A DNA stretch of 64,000 bases from Paludibacteraceae bacterium (GTDB taxonomy: Bacteria; Bacteroidota; Bacteroidia; Bacteroidales; Paludibacteraceae). The notes under the pieces are model-generated. The model did not search any database, was not told where the DNA came from, and saw only the letters and a list, made by a program, of their open reading frames with translations. Position 1 is the stretch's first letter; every line of letters begins with the position of its first letter. The translations under genes were made by a program, and so were the position numbers. This document shows positions 19,370-26,401 of this stretch, piece by piece. The DNA lies in assembly GCA_045124995.1 (NCBI GenBank), contig JBGVMY010000005.1:517-64516 (forward strand). The letters are read 5' to 3'.

Positions 19370-19760
19370 ATTGGTTTTCCCTTGCCGCGGCAGAGAGTTG
19401 ATTGCCGCGGAATGTTGTTGGTTCAAAGTTGTTGAAGTTGTTGATTTTTATATTCTTTTGCCGCGAGCAATGTTGGCGAAGCTTTCACGGGGTCCCCACG
19501 AAATAATCGTTCAACCGAAGGGAGATAAGAACTTCGTGAGTGAGTGCGGGTGAAGAATGTCCGGTGGACATTCGATAGTGAGCGCCTGTCGTAACTCCTA
19601 CGGCAGGAGTTAAGCGAACGGGAGAACAACCGGAGACATTGGCACTTCTAACTCGCCAAGCGAGTTCTGTGCGCTTCAATTGCCGAACGCGAAGTCTCTG
19701 TTGTCGTAAAATAGGGGTGCTCCGCGCGTAGGAGTTTCAATCTCTCACATTTTCCTAGAA
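19370..19760. other. GC-rich non-coding segment with multiple local hairpins (candidate structured RNA or gene relic)
   Basis: No convincing ORF is present. Hairpins lie at 19385-19410 (CCGCGGC/GCCGCGG), 19555-19573 (GAATGTCC/GGACATTC), 19592-19612 (TAACTCCT/AGGAGTTA) and 19650-19666 (AACTCGC/GCGAGTT). TTGCCGCG occurs three times. Confidence 0.35.
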
Positions 19761-19764
19761 AGTT

Positions 19765-19841
19765 ACGCAGAATACACGCACTATTCACGGACAATAGACG
19801 CACTATTCACGCACAATAAACGGACAATAAGCGCACAATTC
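19765..19841. repeat. 11-bp tandem array (7 units)
   Basis: ACGCAGAATAC ACGCACTATTC ACGGACAATAG ACGCACTATTC ACGCACAATAA ACGGACAATAA GCGCACAATTC. Confidence 0.85.
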
Positions 19842-19935
19842 ACCACCTTCAGCTAAGACAGAATGAAGCTTTGAATGATTGATGATTAATCCCCCTTCTT
19901 TTCGCATATATGTGTTAACAACCATTTCTACGCAC

Positions 19936-19997
19936 GCTAACAAGATACCATATATCTGCCTGATAGCTAATACCTTAAAAAACGTATGCGCTAACAA
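19936..19997 (+). promoter_or_regulatory. pair of GCTAACAA motifs upstream of the island regulator gene
   Basis: GCTAACAAG at 19936 and GCTAACAAATG at 19990, 54 bp apart. Both lie upstream of the -33 element at 20033. Confidence 0.45.
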
Positions 19998-20032
19998 ATG
20001 TGTTTTTGCACCTTATCATATACCCCTTCTAC

Positions 20033-20063
20033 TTGCATATCTCAAAAAATTATAGTAACTTTG
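20033..20063 (+). promoter_or_regulatory. promoter of the island regulator gene
   Basis: CTTGCAT (TTG at 20033-20035), a 20-nt spacer, then TAacTTTG (20056-20063). The ATG is only 8 nt downstream of the motif, so the mRNA would be nearly leaderless. Confidence 0.6.
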
Positions 20064-20071
20064 CACGCGAT

Positions 20072-21535
20072 ATGAGATTTTCGTTAACATATCTATTCCG
20101 TCAGGTATGCAGATTGGTCTGCATGCTAGGTCTGGTATGTGGCTTCGCATCCTGCCGCTGGCACGAAGCAAAAGGGGTTATTATCACAGCAGATAGCTTG
20201 GATCAGACAGAGCATGTGATTTATGACGACACTGCAGCGCTAGGCAGAGCCATCCGCAGCTTGGACAATCCCTTTGGCAGATTGCTGATGCCGAATACGC
20301 TCGGCAAAGCGTATTACTATATGGGCAGAAATTTGGAAGATTGCTACATGCAAGTATCCGATGCTGCCAAATGCTATATCGAAGCAGACCGTTTGCAGAT
20401 TGACGACCCCATTTACCGCGGACGCGTGAATGTCTGTATGGGATATCTCTGCAAGCAATACAACTATGATAACTTAGCACTAGTTTTTTATGAACGTGCT
20501 GGCGTTGATTTTAAGGGGAATAGCGAATGGTATTATGCCCAAACATTGTTAGATCAAAGTGAGTTTAGGATTAATCTAAAGGATTATACCTTTGCAGATA
20601 CTTTATTGCAGATAGCACAATCGTATCAATTGGATAGTAGTTATCAAGCACGCTATTATGAAACACGTGGACTTTATTTCTATGCACAACAGCAATACGA
20701 CTCTGCGTTGGTTTATCTTGATAAAGGATTAGATTATTGGCAGAGTGATAGTGAAAAGTGTTTCACTTATTTAAAAATCATGCAAGTATATTATGATTTG
20801 AATGAATTACAGCAAGCTATTCCTTATGCTAAATTAATTCTTTCTGTTTCGAATAATCCCAACTATATTTCGAATGCATACTATTGTTTGATGCAGAGTG
20901 CAGAAAAAGACGGAAATATTACGTTAGTATCAAGTTATGCATCTTCTCGCGAAGACATGAGCCGCCTGCTTGAACAACAAAAAGAAGACTATACCCAAGC
21001 AGTTACAATAATTGAGAATTATAATCATACTCCTCACCCATGGCGATGGGTATGGATTACGCTGACAAGCATACTAATCGTTTGCATCCTCCTTGCTTTG
21101 GGCGCAACTGTATATCATCAACGCGCACATGTGGCTTATCAGCAACTCGATCAACTCTCTATCCATATGGAAAATCAAGAAGCGCGTCTAAATCAAGAGT
21201 TGTATTATCGCCAATTTGCAGAAAAATTATCAAATATCGTTGATAGGTATCATACCCCACACAAGCGCTGGAAAGAATATACGATTCTCAAACGCGATCT
21301 TAATCCATGGTTACATCTATGGCTACGCCAATTGGATACACTTCCTCTATCAGACCGCGAAAAAGTCTATTGTACAATCAGTCTCGTATATTCTCATATG
21401 ACGGATACAGAAATAGCCGAACACCTCTGTTATGACAAACATGGTATTCGTATTTTTAAACAACGAATAGCAAAAAAAATAGGCACAACAGCGGCTTGTT
21501 TGCTTGATTACTTACGCAATTTGCCACTAAGCTAA
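20072..21535 (+). CDS. membrane-tethered TPR-like / LuxR(GerE)-type HTH transcriptional regulator
   Basis: Lipoprotein-like signal (..LVCGFASC), about six TPR-like repeats and one TM helix (WRWVWITLTSILIVCILLALGATVY). A coiled coil follows, then a C-terminal HTH (LSDREKVY..TDTEIAEHL..IRIFKQRIAKKIG). The upstream GTG-initiated extension (from 20000) would cover the gene's own promoter. An alternative ATG lies at 20123. Confidence 0.75.
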   Translation: MRFSLTYLFRQVCRLVCMLGLVCGFASCRWHEAKGVIITADSLDQTEHVIYDDTAALGRAIRSLDNPFGRLLMPNTLGKAYYYMGRNLEDCYMQVSDAAKCYIEADRLQIDDPIYRGRVNVCMGYLCKQYNYDNLALVFYERAGVDFKGNSEWYYAQTLLDQSEFRINLKDYTFADTLLQIAQSYQLDSSYQARYYETRGLYFYAQQQYDSALVYLDKGLDYWQSDSEKCFTYLKIMQVYYDLNELQQAIPYAKLILSVSNNPNYISNAYYCLMQSAEKDGNITLVSSYASSREDMSRLLEQQKEDYTQAVTIIENYNHTPHPWRWVWITLTSILIVCILLALGATVYHQRAHVAYQQLDQLSIHMENQEARLNQELYYRQFAEKLSNIVDRYHTPHKRWKEYTILKRDLNPWLHLWLRQLDTLPLSDREKVYCTISLVYSHMTDTEIAEHLCYDKHGIRIFKQRIAKKIGTTAACLLDYLRNLPLS

Positions 21536-21556
21536 CTACCTCTATTTTCGTAGGGT

Positions 21557-21620
21557 GCTAACAAGTACTATTCTATCTAATTGATAATCAGAGCAGTACC
21601 CCCCCCTATAGTGCTAACAA
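21557..21620 (+). promoter_or_regulatory. second pair of GCTAACAA motifs, upstream of the secreted-protein/protease operon
   Basis: GCTAACAAG at 21557 and GCTAACAAATG at 21613, 56 bp apart. The proximal copy ends 13 nt before the -33 TTG. Confidence 0.45.
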
Positions 21621-21633
21621 ATGCTCTAAACTA

Positions 21634-21664
21634 TTGTGTGCTTCATAATATTGTTGTAATTTTG
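21634..21664 (+). promoter_or_regulatory. promoter of the 21702-26214 operon
   Basis: TTG (21634-21636), a 20-nt spacer, then TAatTTTG (21657-21664). Confidence 0.6.
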
Positions 21665-21701
21665 CAGTCGAAATGAATTAACTGTAAAAAACATCAATAT
21701 T

Positions 21702-22076
21702 ATGAAAAAGATTCTTATTCTCGCATTGTTTGTACTAGGTATGTACAATGCATCCGCGTTCGCCATGGCGCAAGAAATTCTCTTAACAGAAATGTATTCT
21801 ATGTTGCCCTTCGATGATCCAAAGCGTGATACCCTGGGCAGTAGACCAGGACCAAATCGATTCCAAGCCTCCATTGACGGCAATCAATTAAATATTGATA
21901 CGGGCACAGACGCACCCGCATACGCGGAAGTAATTGACCCTGAAACAGGTGAGATCATTGCCGAAGAAGAGTTCACAGGCGAGACAACGATGTCAATTCC
22001 TGAAGAAGGCGACTACGAAGTATATATCTATACTGAATCAGGTACAGTAATGGTTGGTGAGTTTAGTGTGGGATAA
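21702..22076 (+). CDS. small secreted beta-sandwich protein, DUF3244-like
   Basis: Signal peptide MKKILILALFVLGMYNASAFA. The C-terminal pattern ..QASIDGNQLNI..AEVIDPETGEII..GDYEVYIYTESGTVMVGEFSV resembles DUF3244 and T9SS CTD-like folds. I recognised it by eye only. Confidence 0.55.
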   Translation: MKKILILALFVLGMYNASAFAMAQEILLTEMYSMLPFDDPKRDTLGSRPGPNRFQASIDGNQLNIDTGTDAPAYAEVIDPETGEIIAEEEFTGETTMSIPEEGDYEVYIYTESGTVMVGEFSVG

Positions 22077-22183
22077 TTTCATAAGAGAAAATTGTACCTA
22101 AATACCCAACCAAACCACGCGACTCTCCGCCATTACTTTTTATTAATTAATAATTATCTATTAACTTTTAAAACATTTATCCT

Positions 22184-23059
22184 ATGAAAAAGTTTTATTT
22201 TATTCTGCTATCTGCCATTATATTTGGCGTAGTCATTGTTGCATGCACATCGCAAGGTGATGAATGTGCTCCAATATCTGGGATAGAGAGCCAATTACAA
22301 GACAATGAACCTGCCAATACCGAGTCGGATTGGGCAGCGTTTAATCAAGCGTTGGACTCGTTGAATGCAAAGTATGCTCGTATCCAAAAAACAGGCAAAC
22401 AATATACTTCTGTCTTGCCGATTAGTCCTGTTGCTGATGCGGATGCAGGAGGTGCAGTAATCGGACATGAAATCCTTAGAAGATTCCCCAATGGTAGTGT
22501 TCAGGTAGAAGAAGTGGTAGTAGTATATAGTGTGATGTATTCATTCGAAGAACATAAGGAGCGTACCGAAATAGACACTACTACGACGTTATTTCCAGCC
22601 CCTCGTACTAATCCATATACATACCCAATATATCCCCCACATTCTATTCCAGTACTGCTCACGAATACGCCTTGCGCAGAATATGGTTTAAATCATAATA
22701 TTATTATAGAGCAGTTGTTGAATGTTGATGGTGTCTATGAAATGTCTCGACAGCAATTGTTAAATGCGATTATTAGCATATACAATCGAGAAATATCATT
22801 AATATCTAGACAAACAGGTAATTGGATTCTCGAACATAGTTCATCGGAATATCTTCCTGAAATAGATACTGAAGTTCAGCAAACCAACGGTCATTTTGCT
22901 ATTTCGATTGCTCGTCTAGATATAACAATGAGGCGCAATTATACAGATGACTATTTAGAAAGGGTTAATGCTTCTACATTAAGCAATCGCATCAAGGATT
23001 TACTGAAAACGTATGCGAGTGTAATGTATTATAGTAGCTCTTTGTGGGTAGCGGAATAA
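22184..23059 (+). CDS. lipoprotein of unknown function
   Basis: 291 aa with lipobox ..VVIVAC-TSQ. I could not recognise any family. Confidence 0.7.
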   Translation: MKKFYFILLSAIIFGVVIVACTSQGDECAPISGIESQLQDNEPANTESDWAAFNQALDSLNAKYARIQKTGKQYTSVLPISPVADADAGGAVIGHEILRRFPNGSVQVEEVVVVYSVMYSFEEHKERTEIDTTTTLFPAPRTNPYTYPIYPPHSIPVLLTNTPCAEYGLNHNIIIEQLLNVDGVYEMSRQQLLNAIISIYNREISLISRQTGNWILEHSSSEYLPEIDTEVQQTNGHFAISIARLDITMRRNYTDDYLERVNASTLSNRIKDLLKTYASVMYYSSSLWVAE

Positions 23060-23067
23060 AAATCATA

Positions 23068-23100
23068 CTAAGGGAATCGCAAAAATGCTGGTTCCCTTAG
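23068..23100 (+). terminator. intra-operon hairpin (possible attenuator or partial terminator)
   Basis: 9-bp stem CTAAGGGAA / TTCCCTTAG with a 15-nt loop, followed by AT-rich sequence but no clean T-run. Confidence 0.4.
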
Positions 23101-23146
23101 TAAATATTATTAACACAAAATATTAACCTTTTAAATTAATTGCATT

Positions 23147-23644
23147 ATGAGAAAAATTTTCTTTGTGCTAGTTTGCTCATTCATCGCATTAGGATGGATG
23201 GGATGTGAAATGGAAACTCCAACAAGTCTTCGTTTGTCAAGAAACAAAACTGCAGATGGAAGTGATTCTAGCAATCAATGTGAATTTCCATACTTAAACT
23301 TTCAGAAATTTTTTGCAGTTGAGGTTGATTCGGCTGCGTCTTGCTGTGGTATTGATAGCTTTGCAATCAAATCGCCATGGATGCAAGAACGTATAAATAC
23401 TTTCCTTGCGGATAGTGCACGTCTCAAGGAAGAATTGTACACGTCGCTGCAATTTGACTATTTCACTGATACTCTTGGGACGGATTATATTCTTGAAAAC
23501 AAATTTATCTTGCGTAATTGTGAGGGTACATTGCTTGTTGATTTTGAGGATAATGATAGTATCATAAACGCTATTTATTATAATGATCATTTACCTATTT
23601 ATACGCTTGCTTTTATTGAAATAGGATTGATACCAAATATTTGA
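23147..23644 (+). CDS. lipoprotein of unknown function
   Basis: 165 aa with lipobox ..LGWMGC-EME and several Cys residues. I could not recognise any family. Confidence 0.7.
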   Translation: MRKIFFVLVCSFIALGWMGCEMETPTSLRLSRNKTADGSDSSNQCEFPYLNFQKFFAVEVDSAASCCGIDSFAIKSPWMQERINTFLADSARLKEELYTSLQFDYFTDTLGTDYILENKFILRNCEGTLLVDFEDNDSIINAIYYNDHLPIYTLAFIEIGLIPNI

Positions 23645-23694
23645 GAATATTTTACTTCTTGATAATATAATCGAAGAATAAAACCACTAATAGT

Positions 23695-26214
23695 ATGAAA
23701 AAGTTTGTATTTATTTTTGTAGCATGTTTTATCAATCTTGCTACATTTGCTGATCCTGCGTGTACAGATTCTCTTTACGTTATTCAACCTAATGGGGATA
23801 CACTATGGACGTATTTGTGCGGTGATGAGTTTTACCATTGGCGCTCTACCATTGATGGACATGTAATTATGCGTGACTCAAACAATTACTATCGCTATGC
23901 TATTGTAGAAGCTGATTCGCTGCAAATCTCAGCTATAACGGCTCATAACATTGAGGAGCGTAGTATAGCGGAGCGAGAGTTTGTAAATACCAATAGTATG
24001 CTAGTTAAACAATTTATACATTCTGCGATTCAGGAGATTGATAAGACCATTGAACCAGAAGAAACATCTATGCAACCTCCACGTCAAGGAGTGGCAAATA
24101 ATACCACAGAAAGGGAACCCGTTGTTGGAACTAGGAAGATTTTGACTATCTTGATTGATTTTAAGGATTATTCATTCACTCGAACTCGAGCGGAATTCGA
24201 TAGTCTGATGAATCAAGAATACGGTGCGGTCGGTCTCAATACTGGAAGTGTACGCCAATATTACCGAGAAAACTCTTATGGACAATTAGATGTAATATCT
24301 ACCGTTGTCGGTCCTTTTAGAGCAGATAAGAAGCGTAGCGAGTATTCTTGGAAACATACTGGTAACAAATTAGAGGGGAGACGAGAGATTCGAGAATTAG
24401 TTCGTGAAGCCATTAACCATGCAAAGGATTATGTTGATTTCTCCACATTAGATGGCGATGGTGATGGAGAGGTAGATTGCATCCATGTTGTATTCGCAGG
24501 TGAAGGACTATCCAGTGGAAGTACTGATTCGTATATTTGGCCGCATAATTCAGAACTGCTTATTGCAGTTGAGCATGACAATGTAAAAGCAAAAAAATTT
24601 ATGATCACTTCAGAACTTTATAAACAAGGTCAAATAGCTACAATCGGTACCATTTGCCATGAGTTCGGTCATATTCTAGGAGCACCTGACTTTTATGACT
24701 TGCGTTATACTGATGCTGATGCCGATCAGTGTTTTTGCGCTATAGGAAAGTACGATGTAATGAGTCGTGGCTATAATAATAATAATGGTCGTACCCCTGC
24801 TCACCACAATCCTTATACTAAGTGTTATATCTTTGGCTGGGACACACCTAAAACTATTTCAAGTGAAACAAAAGAATATACGGTTTCTTCTAGTACCAAC
24901 GATGCAGGAAATATCTATCGTATTGATACACAAACAGACGATGAGTTTTTCCTACTAGAACATCGCAGTTACCATAGTTTTGATCAGTACATTCCTAATT
25001 GGGGTTTATTAATTTATCATGCTCATAAAGATTTAAAAACAGCAATAGATAATGATGAAGACATCAATTACACCCACCCACTAAAACTATATTTGGTAAA
25101 CGCTTCTGCGGATTCGAATCCTAATAATTCTCTTGATTCCTATGGAAAGATTAGTACACCGCGTGCTTTCCCAGGGAATCAGCTTGATAAAACCATGTTT
25201 ACAAGTACAACTATTCCAAGTGCCAAAGCATGGAACGGTAGTGATTTAGGAGTCAATTTATATTTTATTCGCAGAACAACCGCAACTGATATCAAGTTCA
25301 CAGTCAATCCACAAATTCAAGGTCCATCACAATTATGCGGTACACAAGATTACTATGTGGTAAGTAATGTTCCTTCTAGTGATACTGTGGAGTGGAGTTA
25401 TTCTACTGATATCTCAGAATCTATGATGTTTCCTGCATTGCTTTTTAATGACGGAAGAGAGGGAGGGCGTGTTACTATTCAACGAGGAAATACACCACAG
25501 ATATCTGGACCAATTATACCAGAGGATACAACAATGCAAATGGCTTCTTATGGTCTAAACAATCATTTTGCTCAATTCCCAGAAATTGATTTACCAACGG
25601 AACCTTATGTTGGTACTGCAACTTTGCACGTAAATGTCAAGGGTGGGAATGGACAGTATCAGCTGGAAAAAGAAATTGTGCTACCTGAATTTGCGACGCC
25701 TTCGTTACTTGCGCAAGGGTCTTACTTTTGGCGTGTCAATGAAAGTCGTACATTACTAGAAGAATCTTGTAATGAAATTAACTCTGAATATATTAAGTGG
25801 TATGTTCGATACCCTAATGCAGAAACGGAAGTTGAATTTACAGGACGTAGCATTACGTTAACTCCTACAGAAATGGGAGAGATGACAGTGCGTATTGTTA
25901 ATGATTGCGGATGTGAAACTAGCAATGAGACTACTTATACATATTCAGTATACAATATAAGACCTCTATCATACCCTAATCCCAATACTACTCCGACATT
26001 GCCAGTTAACTTTGAAATTGAACGATTTGGTCAAACAGACGAATTCTATAATCTAGATTTGTGGCATCAAACATATGGTCGTGTACGTCATAAGGTTACA
26101 AATGAGTCAAATGTCAATATCCCTGTGGGTGACTTGCCAGAAGGTTGGTATCAGATTGTTCTATCATTAGATGGCCAAATCTTGGATTCTGGTAGTGTAT
26201 ATATCCAACATTAA
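23695..26214 (+). CDS. M6 (immune inhibitor A-like) zinc metalloprotease with T9SS C-terminal sorting domain
   Basis: 839 aa with a signal peptide, the N-terminal ..QPNGDTL..GDEFYHW.. block and the zinc motif HEFGHILGAPDFYD. The C-terminus (..NIPVGDLPEGWYQIVLSLDGQILDSGSVYIQH) is typical of Por/T9SS sorting domains. Confidence 0.8.
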   Translation: MKKFVFIFVACFINLATFADPACTDSLYVIQPNGDTLWTYLCGDEFYHWRSTIDGHVIMRDSNNYYRYAIVEADSLQISAITAHNIEERSIAEREFVNTNSMLVKQFIHSAIQEIDKTIEPEETSMQPPRQGVANNTTEREPVVGTRKILTILIDFKDYSFTRTRAEFDSLMNQEYGAVGLNTGSVRQYYRENSYGQLDVISTVVGPFRADKKRSEYSWKHTGNKLEGRREIRELVREAINHAKDYVDFSTLDGDGDGEVDCIHVVFAGEGLSSGSTDSYIWPHNSELLIAVEHDNVKAKKFMITSELYKQGQIATIGTICHEFGHILGAPDFYDLRYTDADADQCFCAIGKYDVMSRGYNNNNGRTPAHHNPYTKCYIFGWDTPKTISSETKEYTVSSSTNDAGNIYRIDTQTDDEFFLLEHRSYHSFDQYIPNWGLLIYHAHKDLKTAIDNDEDINYTHPLKLYLVNASADSNPNNSLDSYGKISTPRAFPGNQLDKTMFTSTTIPSAKAWNGSDLGVNLYFIRRTTATDIKFTVNPQIQGPSQLCGTQDYYVVSNVPSSDTVEWSYSTDISESMMFPALLFNDGREGGRVTIQRGNTPQISGPIIPEDTTMQMASYGLNNHFAQFPEIDLPTEPYVGTATLHVNVKGGNGQYQLEKEIVLPEFATPSLLAQGSYFWRVNESRTLLEESCNEINSEYIKWYVRYPNAETEVEFTGRSITLTPTEMGEMTVRIVNDCGCETSNETTYTYSVYNIRPLSYPNPNTTPTLPVNFEIERFGQTDEFYNLDLWHQTYGRVRHKVTNESNVNIPVGDLPEGWYQIVLSLDGQILDSGSVYIQH

Positions 26215-26242
26215 GTCTATCTATTCTGCTTAATATATTTCC

Positions 26243-26278
26243 CCTCACCCTTTTCCACGTGAATTGGGTGAGGTTTTT
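26243..26278 (+). terminator. terminator of the island operon
   Basis: 8-bp stem CCTCACCC / GGGTGAGG followed by TTTTT. Confidence 0.65.
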
Positions 26279-26290
26279 GTATTGAGATGT

Positions 26291-26298
26291 GCTAACAA
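26291..26298 (+). promoter_or_regulatory. fifth GCTAACAA motif, downstream of the island operon
   Basis: GTGCTAACAAATGCACCTT, in the same orientation as the other four copies. No gene on the plus strand lies downstream of it. Confidence 0.35.
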
Positions 26299-26321
26299 AT
26301 GCACCTTGCTCTTGCATAAAC

Positions 26322-26355
26322 AAAAGAGTGTGCCCACCGTGTGGCACACCCTTTT
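26322..26355. terminator. bidirectional terminator (GH57 side)
   Basis: Stem GTGTGCC / GGCACAC flanked by AAAAG and CTTTTG. Confidence 0.6.
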
Positions 26356-26359
26356 GAGT

Positions 26360-26401
26360 GGATATCGGTTACCGGATAATGGGTAATGGATATCGGATTA
26401 T
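26360..26401. repeat. 7-bp tandem repeat overlapping the GH57 stop codon
   Basis: GGATATC GGTTACC GGATAAT GGGTAAT GGATATC GGATTAT. Confidence 0.8.

Noticed and set aside
19371-19679. Three 60-68 codon ORFs inside the GC-rich intergenic block.
   Set aside because: They overlap one another in different frames. They have no start context like other genes here, no promoter and no recognisable motif. I report the region as non-coding of unknown nature instead.
19370-19760. Known riboswitch, RNase P, SRP, tmRNA or 6S RNA identity for the structured block.
   Set aside because: I looked for the TPP core (CTGAGA..ACCTGA), the cobalamin B12 box, the RNase P GAGGAAAGTCC motif, the SRP GGAA/AGCA domain IV motifs and a tmRNA tag ORF with a tRNA-like end. 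None is present. Only an Infernal scan could settle the question.
20000-20071. Upstream GTG-initiated extension of the island regulator ORF. The extensions at 49247-49402 (rsfS), 37775-37843 (typA), 32234-32308 (gldD) and 37635-37718 (yccF) are similar.
   Set aside because: Each extension covers the gene's own TTG-N20-TAnnTTTG promoter. The internal ATG that follows gives the canonical N-terminus of the family.
19200-26400. Integrase, transposase, tRNA-adjacent att site or other mobility genes for the island.
   Set aside because: None of the ORFs in or beside the island shows recombinase or transposase motifs, and no tRNA flanks it. The direct-repeat observation is therefore reported as a low-confidence hypothesis, not as a mobile element.
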